Shown piece by piece: positions 29,861 through 38,718 of a stretch of 45,544 bases of DNA; positions within the stretch are counted from its first letter, which is position 1, and the number at the start of each line of letters is the position of its first letter. Source of the stretch: Candidatus Hydrogenedentales bacterium (GTDB lineage Bacteria; Hydrogenedentota; Hydrogenedentia; Hydrogenedentales; JAEUWI01); NCBI GenBank assembly GCA_044359155.1, contig JBIKMR010000002.1:1-45544 (forward strand), in the 5' to 3' direction. Below the pieces are notes generated by a model. It did no database searches. It was given only the letters and a program-made list of their open reading frames with translations, and was not told the origin of the DNA. A program made the position numbers and the translations under genes.

Positions 29861-31690
29861 ATGTCCGGCTGTCTCAAGCGCATTTTCCAACTGCTCATCG
29901 CGTTCGTGGTGCTCATCGCGTTGTTCATTACCTTCTATATTGGCATCCCCATCCAGGGGTGGATGTCGCGGGAGGCGCGTGTCACCGCCCCCATCCCAAT
30001 CACCCCCATGTGGGCGTTGGAGCCGTGGGTTTGGGAGGACGATGTGAACACGGGCGCGTTCGTGCAGGAGTTGCTAGATGGATACAAGCAGCACGACATC
30101 CCTGCGCGCACCATCCTTATCGACAGTCCGTGGTCCACGCGTTACAACGATTTCATTGTGGACGAGGCGCGCTATCCGAACCCGAAGGAGTTCTTCACAA
30201 AGCTGCAGGATGACGGCTACCGCGTGGTGTTGTGGATGACGAGCAGCGTGAACCATACGAGCAAGGACACGGCCCTGCCCGAATCGCGCGACTGGTTTGA
30301 GGAAGCGAAGGCCAAGGGCTATCTGATGAACAACGGCGTGGACACCCGCTGGTGGAAGGGGGCGGGCGGCTTCATTGATTATCGCAATCCCGAGGCCATG
30401 AAGTGGTGGCGGGGGTTGCAGCAGGACGTGTTCGATTTTGGGCTGGATGGCTGGAAGCTGGACGGAGCGGAGGTTTACGCGCTCAACAAGTGGGGCGCCA
30501 TTCCCACCCCGTGGCTGAAATCGCACGAGGGCACCATCACCCTGCGAGACTACACCGACGATTACTACAACGAGGAGTACAAGCACGGGTTGACGCAGAA
30601 TCCCGAGTTCATCACGTTGGCGCGGTCTGTGGACAATGGCCCCATTGAAGAGGCGCGGCAAGGTTTGCTGCGAGAGTTGCCCGAGTTCATGGCGGGGCTT
30701 CCCTTTCCGTCCCCCCATCCCGATGGCTTCGCCCCGCGCCAGTCTGCCCCCGTCACATGGGTGGGCGACAACGACCACGCGTGGGTCGAGGAGGAAGAGG
30801 GTATCGAGGAAGCTTTGCGCGACATACTCGAGGCGGCCCGCAAGGGCTACGGCGTCATCGGGTCCGATGTGGGGGGCTATTCCGGCAAAGAGTTTCCGCC
30901 GAACGTCTACATCCGTTGGGCGCAGTTCTCCACCTTTTGCGGGTTGTTCCTCAACGGTGGCCACGGAGAGCGTCGTCTATGGCTGCGCACCCCGCAGGAG
31001 CTGGAGCTGATCCGCGAGGCCGCGTGGCTGCACAGCGAATTGGTGCCCTATATCTACTCCGCCATTGTCGAGCAGCACAGCGGCGGTCCGGTGCTCATGC
31101 GGCCCATGGATGTGGATTTCCAATATGAGTTTGGTCCTGCTTTCTTCGTCGCCCCGATATTCGAGGACAAGCTGGAACGCACGGTGACGCTGCCCGAGGG
31201 CAAGTGGCGCTATTGGTACGATGACTCCGAGCTTATCACAAGCCCGTCAGTGCTCACGCGCTCGTTCCCCATGGACGAGTTCCCCGTATTCGTGCGCGAG
31301 GGCAGCATCATCCCCATGAAGATATCCCGCGACTACACCGGCATTGGTCAGCGCGATTGGGAATCGTTCACGACTTTCAGCATCTACCCTCATGGCGCTG
31401 AATTCACCGAAGAAAGCAGCACGACTTTGCATCGCGAAGGCGCAGGACCAGTTACGGTTCGCGTGCGAAACAAGGAGGCAGCCACAGAGATTACTTTGTC
31501 AGGCGAGCCGCTGGCCCACATACTCCGCCTGCGTGCGGATGCCGCGCCGCAGGGGGTGTCGCTGAATGGGCAAGCGCTTCCAGTGGATCAGTGGAGTTAT
31601 GACGCAGCGAGTAAGAAGATTGTCATCAAGCGCACGTTAGAATTGGACCAGCCTCTTGGAACAGGAGAGCGCGTGTATCGAATCAATTGA
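29861..31690 (+). CDS. Glycoside hydrolase family 31-like enzyme, N-terminally membrane-anchored
   Basis: N-terminal TM helix IFQLLIAFVVLIALFITFYIGI. DIPARTILIDSPWSTRYNDF and GLDGWKLDGAE resemble the GH31 nucleophile region (YicI GVDCFKTDFGE). WVGDN and GSDVGGY are also GH31-like. Specificity is unknown. Confidence 0.8.
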   Translation: MSGCLKRIFQLLIAFVVLIALFITFYIGIPIQGWMSREARVTAPIPITPMWALEPWVWEDDVNTGAFVQELLDGYKQHDIPARTILIDSPWSTRYNDFIVDEARYPNPKEFFTKLQDDGYRVVLWMTSSVNHTSKDTALPESRDWFEEAKAKGYLMNNGVDTRWWKGAGGFIDYRNPEAMKWWRGLQQDVFDFGLDGWKLDGAEVYALNKWGAIPTPWLKSHEGTITLRDYTDDYYNEEYKHGLTQNPEFITLARSVDNGPIEEARQGLLRELPEFMAGLPFPSPHPDGFAPRQSAPVTWVGDNDHAWVEEEEGIEEALRDILEAARKGYGVIGSDVGGYSGKEFPPNVYIRWAQFSTFCGLFLNGGHGERRLWLRTPQELELIREAAWLHSELVPYIYSAIVEQHSGGPVLMRPMDVDFQYEFGPAFFVAPIFEDKLERTVTLPEGKWRYWYDDSELITSPSVLTRSFPMDEFPVFVREGSIIPMKISRDYTGIGQRDWESFTTFSIYPHGAEFTEESSTTLHREGAGPVTVRVRNKEAATEITLSGEPLAHILRLRADAAPQGVSLNGQALPVDQWSYDAASKKIVIKRTLELDQPLGTGERVYRIN

Positions 31691-31709
31691 GTTCTGAGTT
31701 TACCGGTGG

Positions 31710-33389
31710 CTAATCCTGCACCGGCAACACGCAGCGAAAGCCGATGATGGGAAGCTGACTCTCGGGGAAATAGGCTCGGCGTGCGGTGGTTACCAAGTCT
31801 TCTTCGGGCGAAGACCAGCATCCCCCGCGACATACCCTACGCGGTTCTTTGGCCAAGGCCTCCTCGCGACGCCCACTGCGCAATGCGCCGTATGGGCTAT
31901 ACGGGTCAACGGTCCATTCCATCACATTGCCTGCCAGATCAAATATGCCCTCAGGAGATTGCCCCTCTTCATGCATGGTCACCATGCTGGGCATTCCTAT
32001 GAACTCGCCAAAGTTGGCGCGCGTGGAAGACGGGGGCAGGCTGCCCCAGGGATACCTACGGTTCTCACGCCCGCGCGCGGCAAATTCCCACTGTGATTCC
32101 GTCGGCAATTCCTTGCCGCACCAGTGGGCATAGGCCTGCGCCTGTTCCCAGCTGACCCCCACCACGGGCTGGTCCAGCCCATTAAAGTTCGGGTCGCGCC
32201 AGAACTTGGGTTCGGGCTGGCCCGTGGCTTCAAGATAGGCCGTGAACTGCGCCACCGTCACCGGGTACTTGTCCATCCAGAACGGACCCACCGTCACTTC
32301 TTCCTCAGGCGCCTCCGCGCGGATAGCGTCGTTCCCCATCAGGAAGCTGCCGCCTTCCAGGTGGACCATACCTTCGGTCGACACCTCAGCCCGGTCGCCG
32401 TTCACCACGATGTTGGCCGCCGTGGGACGGTACGATTCGTTGTAGGCGTCTCGCAACGCAATGCGGAAATCGCGGGCCGAGGTCCAGCGCTGCTCGCGTT
32501 CTTCCTTTACGGCGCGCCGCAACACCGAAAGCAGACCGGGGGATACATCGCGCCGTACCTGCTCCACTGTAACGGGCGCATCCACTGGCGTGCGGAGTGT
32601 CAGCAGTTCATGAAACACGAGCCCCACGGCATAGAGGTCGGCGCGAGCATCGGTTTCTTGTTGTTTAAGTTGCTCTGGGGCGGCATACGCAAGTGTACCT
32701 ACGACCTTGCCCTTGCCCGCCGCGCGCATCTCCGCTTGGTGCGCGGCTAGGTCCTGGTGCACGGCGCGTGCCAAACCAAAGTCCAGTACTTTCACCGTCT
32801 CGCCCGGCAGCATCATCACGTTCTCGGGCTTGATGTCCCGATGCACCACGAACTTGTGGGCGTATTCCAGCGCCGCCAGCACCTGCTTAATCACCTCGAC
32901 TGCCAAGCGTACCTTCACCAGCTTGCGCTGTTCGCGGTGCCCACGCAGGAAATCGCGCAAGGATTGCCCTTTGGCGAACTCCATGGAAAGGTAGAGGATG
33001 CCCTCGCTGGTCCAGTTTACGTCATGCACCGCGACGATGTTCTCATGCCGCAGTCGCCGCGCCACTTGGGCTTCGCGTAGGAAGAGCTGTTTTCCTTTTT
33101 CCGTAAGCAGTTGCGTGGAAAGGAACTTGAGCGCCACGACCTCATCCACCAGCGTGTCGTGCGCGCGATAGACCACGCCCATGCCGCCGCGCCCAATCTG
33201 CTCCTCAATCAGGTAGCGGTCCGCCACCCGGTCTCCCTTCGAGAAATCGAGGTTCATGTGGCGCTTCATGGTGGTTACGGTGGGAATGGTCACCGGGCCG
33301 CCACAGTTGAAACACACCCCCGTCTTCCCCTGCACCGTGTGTGGGACCATAATTTGCAGACCGCATCTCGGACAGACAGCTTCAATCAT
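31710..33389 (-). CDS. Ser/Thr protein kinase with an N-terminal zinc ribbon and a C-terminal FGE/SUMF1-like domain
   Basis: CPRCG...CFNCG zinc ribbon. Kinase motifs VALKF, HRDIKPENVMM, DFGLAR, GTLAYAAPEQ. C-terminal FGE-sulfatase-type domain (GGSFLMGND, WMDKYPVTVAQF, WEFAARG, YPWG, NVMEWT, RVCRGGCW, IGFRCV). Confidence 0.85.
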   Translation of the reverse strand: MIEAVCPRCGLQIMVPHTVQGKTGVCFNCGGPVTIPTVTTMKRHMNLDFSKGDRVADRYLIEEQIGRGGMGVVYRAHDTLVDEVVALKFLSTQLLTEKGKQLFLREAQVARRLRHENIVAVHDVNWTSEGILYLSMEFAKGQSLRDFLRGHREQRKLVKVRLAVEVIKQVLAALEYAHKFVVHRDIKPENVMMLPGETVKVLDFGLARAVHQDLAAHQAEMRAAGKGKVVGTLAYAAPEQLKQQETDARADLYAVGLVFHELLTLRTPVDAPVTVEQVRRDVSPGLLSVLRRAVKEEREQRWTSARDFRIALRDAYNESYRPTAANIVVNGDRAEVSTEGMVHLEGGSFLMGNDAIRAEAPEEEVTVGPFWMDKYPVTVAQFTAYLEATGQPEPKFWRDPNFNGLDQPVVGVSWEQAQAYAHWCGKELPTESQWEFAARGRENRRYPWGSLPPSSTRANFGEFIGMPSMVTMHEEGQSPEGIFDLAGNVMEWTVDPYSPYGALRSGRREEALAKEPRRVCRGGCWSSPEEDLVTTARRAYFPESQLPIIGFRCVLPVQD

Positions 33390-33592
33390 AAATAGCGATA
33401 CCCACGTCTTGGCGTGGCAACTTCCCCAAGCTCCCAGATTTGGCGCACCGGACCATGCCGGTTTGCGCTACATCACTCGCAACGCATGATCGTACCCGGC
33501 AATCCCGCAAAAAGCCAATATGCCGCATAGGCAATGGGAAACAGGGTGCCCTCGCCTTGTCCGGCCTCGCCCCCAAACGGTACTCTTTCCCC

Positions 33593-34750
33593 ATGAACTA
33601 CTTTCCAGACGACCCAGCCCTCATCCGTTGCACCCGCTGCGTGATGGATTCCCGCGTGCCCGGCATTCATTTCGATGCGCAGGGCGTGTGCCAGTACTGC
33701 CACATGCAAGACCGCATGGAGAAAGACTTTCCGCTGGGCGAGGCGGGGCAGAAGATTCTCGAAGGCTTCACCCAGAAGGCCCGCGCGGCAGGAAAAGGCA
33801 AGCCCTTCGATTGCGTGGTGGGGGTAAGCGGCGGGCGCGACAGCAGCTATTGCCTGTACTACGTGAAAGAAGTGATGGGCCTGCGCCCGCTGGCCGTGCA
33901 TTTCGACAATGGCTGGGATTCCGAGGTGGCCAAGACCAACATCAGCCGCCTGTGCGACGCGCTCGACGTAGAGCTGCATACCGTGATTATGGACTGGCCC
34001 GAGTCGCGCGAGCTGACCAACGCCAACATTCGCGCCTGTGTGCCTTACATCGACATCTTCGACGATATTGGCATCGCCAATTCCCTCTACCGCACGGCGG
34101 AGAAGGAGGGAATCAAGTACGTGTTCCTGGCACATTCCTTCCGCGAGGAAGGGGTAACTCCACTCGTGTGGAACTACGTGGATGGGCGCTTCCAGCAAGC
34201 CATCATCGACCGCTTCTGCAAGATGCCGCTAAAGCAATACAAGAACATCGACATTCCCCAGATGCTCTACTGGATGTTCGTCAAGGGAATCCGTGTCGTC
34301 AATATCACCAACTATTACGACGACGTGGGCGAGCACGTTGAGACCCTGATGAAGGAGAGGCTCAACTGGCTGGACACCGGCCAGCACCACATGGACAACG
34401 AAATGTTCGCGCTTGTCTATTACTACGCGCGGCACAAGTTCGGGTTCGACTGGCGCATCGTTGAGCTGTCCGCCAAGGTGCGCACAGGCGTGTTGTCCAG
34501 GGAAGAAGCCCTCAAGGCGCTGACGGAAGTACCCTTCTTCGAGAACGAAGAGCTGGTGAACTATGGCCTAAAGAAGCAGGGCCTTTCCCGCGAAGAGTTC
34601 GACACCATCCTCCAGGCCCCCAACAAATACTTCACCGACTACCCGTCGTGGTATCCCTTAATCCGCACTATGCGCTGGCCCCTGTTCGTGCTCTGCCGCC
34701 TGCATATCCTTCCCGCGCACGTGTACGAAAAATTCATAATGGCTGTGTAG
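33593..34750 (+). CDS. PP-loop ATP pyrophosphatase, N-acetyl-sugar amidotransferase family (WbuX/WbpG-like)
   Basis: The ATG at 33593 gives MNYFPDDPALIRCTRCVMDSRVPGIHFDAQGVCQYCH (CxxC...CxxC N-terminus), then the PP-loop VGVSGGRDSSY and AVHFDNGW. The track start at 33440 is an unsupported extension. Confidence 0.7.
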   Translation: MNYFPDDPALIRCTRCVMDSRVPGIHFDAQGVCQYCHMQDRMEKDFPLGEAGQKILEGFTQKARAAGKGKPFDCVVGVSGGRDSSYCLYYVKEVMGLRPLAVHFDNGWDSEVAKTNISRLCDALDVELHTVIMDWPESRELTNANIRACVPYIDIFDDIGIANSLYRTAEKEGIKYVFLAHSFREEGVTPLVWNYVDGRFQQAIIDRFCKMPLKQYKNIDIPQMLYWMFVKGIRVVNITNYYDDVGEHVETLMKERLNWLDTGQHHMDNEMFALVYYYARHKFGFDWRIVELSAKVRTGVLSREEALKALTEVPFFENEELVNYGLKKQGLSREEFDTILQAPNKYFTDYPSWYPLIRTMRWPLFVLCRLHILPAHVYEKFIMAV

Positions 34751-36815
34751 CGATGGGCAGCATGGGGCGGCACATGTTGTGGAGCGCACGATAGGGAAAG
34801 CCGACTGGCTTCAGGCGTTCCAGTTCGGCGCCTACTCTCACTGCATCTCTTTCCTGCAAGGCAGCCCGCATCAGCGGGGCATAAAGCGGAATCCATACCC
34901 GGTCGAGCGCGAGGGCGCTATTGAACTCCTTCCACGCTTCTTCCCGCTCGCCTGCCAGCGCGCGCCCCACGGAGCGCGCGAAGAGGGCCGGGGGATAGTC
35001 GCCTGCCAACTGACAGGCTGCCTCAGCTGCTGCTCGACCAAGCTCGGCATCCCCTCCTTCTTCAAAGAGGGCCATCGCCAGAAGGAAATAGTGAACCTTC
35101 GAGTCTGGAATAGGATGTTCAAAGATGTTGGCAAGCAGGGCTTCCGTGCGCGCCGGGTCCAGCGCCATGCCAAGAGATTCCGCCGCAGGATAAACCAAGG
35201 GGGCCACTCCGCCTTGGGGCAGAGGAGGATAGGTAAGTGAGTAGCTAGTCTCTCGAACCTTTATGAGGTACAACGAAATCGGGCTGGAACCGGGGTAGGT
35301 GGTCATCTCTACCTCGTACAGTGCCTGCGAAAGAAAAGGGAGCAACGAGCCTGTGTTCGACAGCGGGGTCGCAATATCCTGCACCGCCACCCACGCCTGC
35401 TTCTCCTCGCGCATTCCCTTCAAGGTGATATCGTTGAAATACGTTTCCACTTCTAGCATCGCCTCGCGTGGCGAGTAGGCCACGGCGACCTCGTCGAGTC
35501 CCACGCCCAAGGCGTAGGCCAGCAACTCATCGTCGCAGCCCGCACCAAAAGTGCTTAGCACCAAGTCCCCCGGTGCCTTGTCGGTGCGGATCTGGTGCGC
35601 CACGCCGTTCCAATCCGGGCGGGTGCCGCCAGACAGCAAGGCTGCAATCTGGTAGCCCATCAAGACCAACACCATGGTGCCCAAGGCTGCGCGCATGGCA
35701 GGATTTCGTAGCCGCGAGAGCAGCAATCCCAGCAAGACATAAAGCGCAAAGCTGGAATACGTAGTGTAGCGCGCTTCAAAGAGGGGGCGCCATGCAAGCG
35801 AAAGCCCAAGCAGCAAGGCGATTGGGAGCAGGTAAACCAGCAGCAGCCAGGTGAGGTTCTGCCTCATCTCTATGCACCGCCACAGCATCGCCCCCCCAAC
35901 CAGAGCAGCCACAGACACCAGCACCATTCCAACGTCGAACAGGCCTTGGAAAGTAAGGAAGCGCTCTGCCGAAGTGAACCAGAGAACAGGGCCATGCAGC
36001 AGGGGAAACCAAAATTCGTTAGTGCGCATCACTGCATCGTCACCCAACAAATCGAACAGTACCTTGCCCGCGTCGGGTAGGCGGTAATGGTCCACCGCCG
36101 ATTCCAGCACGTACTCACGGTTGGACCATAGCCACAAGGCTACACTTACCGCGCCAGCCGCATGCCACGTTCCCCATGCCATCAAGAAGCGCCAACGCCC
36201 CCAGCCCGTGAGCGACAGAAACATTACTTCCGCAGCCAACATGAACGCCGTGAACGGATGCGTCCACAACAAGGCAAGATTGAGCGTGCCGTTGGCCAGC
36301 CACCATCCCGGTTTTCGCGTGCGCACACCCTCCAGCATTGTCCACCACGAAAGCAGCGCCAAGGGTTCTAGCAGGGCATAAGGGCGAATGGCTTGCGCAT
36401 ACCACACGTGGTGGGGGGAGACTGCCAGAAAAGCGCAGGCCCATAACGCGGCAGTACGTCCGCCCATGCGCGCTGCCAGCAGATACAGCAAGGGGATTGC
36501 AGCGCTGCTCAAGCAAACAGAAAACAAGCGTACGGCCAGGGTGGTGGCGCTACCAAGGTGATACACCAAGTAGGCGAGCACCGGATAGAGCGGCGTGTTG
36601 TCCGCGTTCCAGAATCGCCATGCCGAGAGAAAGCCAGCGAAATCGGTCGCGCGAAAATACCCGATGATTAGGTATTCATCGCGCCAAACAGACTGGTCTT
36701 CTATGCGCCAGCAGCGAATCAGAATGCCCAACAACGTGATAAGCAAGAGGGGGGCATGACGCATGGCAAACTGCGTGAACGCGGGGCGCTGTTCTGCCAG
36801 TTCCTTGTTGATCAT
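34734..36815 (-). CDS. GT-C fold (family 39/ArnT/PMT_2-like) polytopic membrane glycosyltransferase with a C-terminal TPR-like domain
   Basis: At least 10 hydrophobic segments. Acidic dyad after TM1 (SVWRDEY). NTPLYPVLAYLVY...AVRLFSV...AVSPHHVWYAQ fits the PMT_2/GT39 pattern. The last roughly 150 aa are helical-repeat-like. The start is either the ATG at 36815 or the ATG at 36764. The 3' end overlaps the convergent amidotransferase gene by 17 nt. Confidence 0.65.
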   Translation of the reverse strand: MINKELAEQRPAFTQFAMRHAPLLLITLLGILIRCWRIEDQSVWRDEYLIIGYFRATDFAGFLSAWRFWNADNTPLYPVLAYLVYHLGSATTLAVRLFSVCLSSAAIPLLYLLAARMGGRTAALWACAFLAVSPHHVWYAQAIRPYALLEPLALLSWWTMLEGVRTRKPGWWLANGTLNLALLWTHPFTAFMLAAEVMFLSLTGWGRWRFLMAWGTWHAAGAVSVALWLWSNREYVLESAVDHYRLPDAGKVLFDLLGDDAVMRTNEFWFPLLHGPVLWFTSAERFLTFQGLFDVGMVLVSVAALVGGAMLWRCIEMRQNLTWLLLVYLLPIALLLGLSLAWRPLFEARYTTYSSFALYVLLGLLLSRLRNPAMRAALGTMVLVLMGYQIAALLSGGTRPDWNGVAHQIRTDKAPGDLVLSTFGAGCDDELLAYALGVGLDEVAVAYSPREAMLEVETYFNDITLKGMREEKQAWVAVQDIATPLSNTGSLLPFLSQALYEVEMTTYPGSSPISLYLIKVRETSYSLTYPPLPQGGVAPLVYPAAESLGMALDPARTEALLANIFEHPIPDSKVHYFLLAMALFEEGGDAELGRAAAEAACQLAGDYPPALFARSVGRALAGEREEAWKEFNSALALDRVWIPLYAPLMRAALQERDAVRVGAELERLKPVGFPYRALHNMCRPMLPIATQPL

Positions 36816-36825
36816 CCGTGCCTGC

Positions 36826-38535
36826 TCAATAGCTTCGTTGCGCAAAGTAGGGGCCGAGCGCAAGGCAATCCAGCCCCGCCGTCACGAAAGCCTTGGCCGC
36901 CTCATCCGGCGTGCGAACAATAGGCTCCTCGTGAATATTGAAGCTGGTGTTCAACAGCACCCCCGCGCCGCTGTGCTTCGCATATGCAGAGAGTATCGTA
37001 TGGAGACCGGGGTTTCTGTCCCTATGTACAAACTGCGTGCGCGCCGTATTGTCCACATGCACTACGGCGGGGAACAGTGCCTTCATCTCTGCCGAGCAGT
37101 CGTAGCACACGGTCATGAATTCGCCCGCGAAGAGCCCGGCTTCGTGGTTCACCATGAAACGGTTTGCCTCCTCCGCCAACATGGCCGGGGCAAAAGGCAT
37201 AAAGTCCGTGCGCTTCAGTTGCTGGTTCAGCTTTGCCACCATAGACGCATCGTTAGCAGGGGCCAGAATCGAGCGGTTGCCTAGCGAGCGCGGCCCCCAT
37301 TCCATGCGCCCATCCAGTCTGCCCACCGATTTGCCTTCCGCCAGCTTATCGCCAATATGCTGTGCGATTTCTGATGGTTTCGAATATGCGAGTCCATGCT
37401 TCTTGAATGCCTGCTCGCACTCGGCATCGGAGAAGTCGTCTCCTAGGAAAACATTACTGATCCGCGTGCGCTCCAAGAATCCGCAACCGGCCAGCGCCCC
37501 CACGGGGTTACCGCCGTCGCTCATGTTAGGGGCAACAAAGATTTCCTTTACCCCCGGCAATGCGGCCAGCCGCTGGTTCAGCTTCACGTTTGCGGCAATG
37601 CCTCCGCCGAACACCAGCCGCGTTTCCCCGGTAATGCGCAGCCAATGCTGCACCAACGTTAGCATGGTTTCTTCGAGCACCTGCTGCGCCCACGCGGCCA
37701 CGTCTTCACGCGAGTAGCGCTGGAGCAGGTTGTCTCGAAACCATCGCACGGCCCGCAACCCGTGTGGGCCTTCGTAGCGGATGTCGCCTTCACGTACCAA
37801 GAAGGGATTCTTTTCCAATACCTGCACAGGGTCGCCGTGCGCGGCCAAGCCCGTAAGCTTGCCCTCGTCCCGCCCAGGCACATAGCCATAAGCCTCTGTC
37901 AAAGCTTCAAAGAACAGGCCCAGCGAATGCTGCGCTGAGCACCATGCAAGCCGCTCCACGCGCCCATCCCTGCAAGCGCTTACCGTGGTGGAAACCCCAT
38001 CACCCATGCCGTCCGCAGTAACGCACAGGGCCCGGTCGAAACCCGAAAGATAGTAGGCGCAATTGGCGTGGGCGGGGTGATGCTCAATGATATGGATGCG
38101 CGCATGGCGCAACGCTTTGGGCAGCTCTCTTCGCAGCACGGCGGGAAGGATGCGCCTCGTGATCTTGCTGGCATTACCGCCCGGTGCTTGGTGGGCCAAT
38201 GGGGTATGATGAATCACGAAGTCGGCAATGTGCCGCATCATGCCCTCGCTGCGCGAATTCTGGGATTGCCATAGTCGCTCCTGCACCACGGGGAAGAGGC
38301 GCGTCAACAGTTGCGGGGTGAGAATGCCCGACACGCAAATGTCTGTAACGGAAGCGGGAGATGCGTGCAGATACGCCAGCATCCCCGCCAAGGACGCCGC
38401 CGGGAACCCGCCGTCATTCTTGCGGCGGGTGAAGCGTTCCTCATTGGCTGCATACAGCAAGCGCTTTCCGTCGCTCGCTGCAACGCCGCTGGTGTACAGG
38501 TCCTCATTGATTCCCAGCGCAAGCAAGAATGCCAA
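36826..38535 (-). CDS. Carbamoyltransferase (NodU/CmcH family)
   Basis: (M)AFLLALGINEDLYTSGVAASDGKRLLYAANEERFTRRKNDGGFP matches the family N-terminus, and the length of about 566 aa fits. No ATG start is available. The TTG at 38535 directly abuts AAGGAG, so the TTG at 38526 (9 nt after AAGGAG) is the more likely start. Confidence 0.85.
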   Translation of the reverse strand: MAFLLALGINEDLYTSGVAASDGKRLLYAANEERFTRRKNDGGFPAASLAGMLAYLHASPASVTDICVSGILTPQLLTRLFPVVQERLWQSQNSRSEGMMRHIADFVIHHTPLAHQAPGGNASKITRRILPAVLRRELPKALRHARIHIIEHHPAHANCAYYLSGFDRALCVTADGMGDGVSTTVSACRDGRVERLAWCSAQHSLGLFFEALTEAYGYVPGRDEGKLTGLAAHGDPVQVLEKNPFLVREGDIRYEGPHGLRAVRWFRDNLLQRYSREDVAAWAQQVLEETMLTLVQHWLRITGETRLVFGGGIAANVKLNQRLAALPGVKEIFVAPNMSDGGNPVGALAGCGFLERTRISNVFLGDDFSDAECEQAFKKHGLAYSKPSEIAQHIGDKLAEGKSVGRLDGRMEWGPRSLGNRSILAPANDASMVAKLNQQLKRTDFMPFAPAMLAEEANRFMVNHEAGLFAGEFMTVCYDCSAEMKALFPAVVHVDNTARTQFVHRDRNPGLHTILSAYAKHSGAGVLLNTSFNIHEEPIVRTPDEAAKAFVTAGLDCLALGPYFAQRSY

Positions 38536-38626
38536 CTCCTTTGCCAGTCCATAAGCGGCCTGATTTCCCCGGTTCCTAGTCTAGCTTCCGGGGGCGGGCC
38601 ATGTCACTACATCGCACCGAAAGACG

Positions 38627-38655
38627 TTGCGGCTGCGCCATGCCTGCCCTATACT
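38627..38655 (+). promoter_or_regulatory. Candidate sigma70-type promoter for the radical SAM / GT2 genes
   Basis: TTGCGG (38627-38632), a 17-nt spacer, then TATACT (38650-38655), lying 64 nt upstream of the ATG at 38719 in the divergent intergenic region. This is a motif match only. Confidence 0.3.
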
Positions 38656-38718
38656 GTGGACACCAGCCACAGGCCCGCCAAGACCGGGCAATTCTTTTGG
38701 GGCATTCAGACAAACAGC

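Noticed and set aside
29696-29890. 64-aa minus-strand ORF spanning the 9-mer palindrome (contains SHPSHLSH)
   Set aside because: Its repeat-like peptide is simply the 9-nt DNA period read in frame. It overlaps the GH31 start and has no start context.
38311-38718. N-terminal 136-codon extension of the radical SAM ORF
   Set aside because: It runs antisense through the 5' part of the carbamoyltransferase gene and its divergent promoter region. The radical SAM core begins well after the ATG at 38719.
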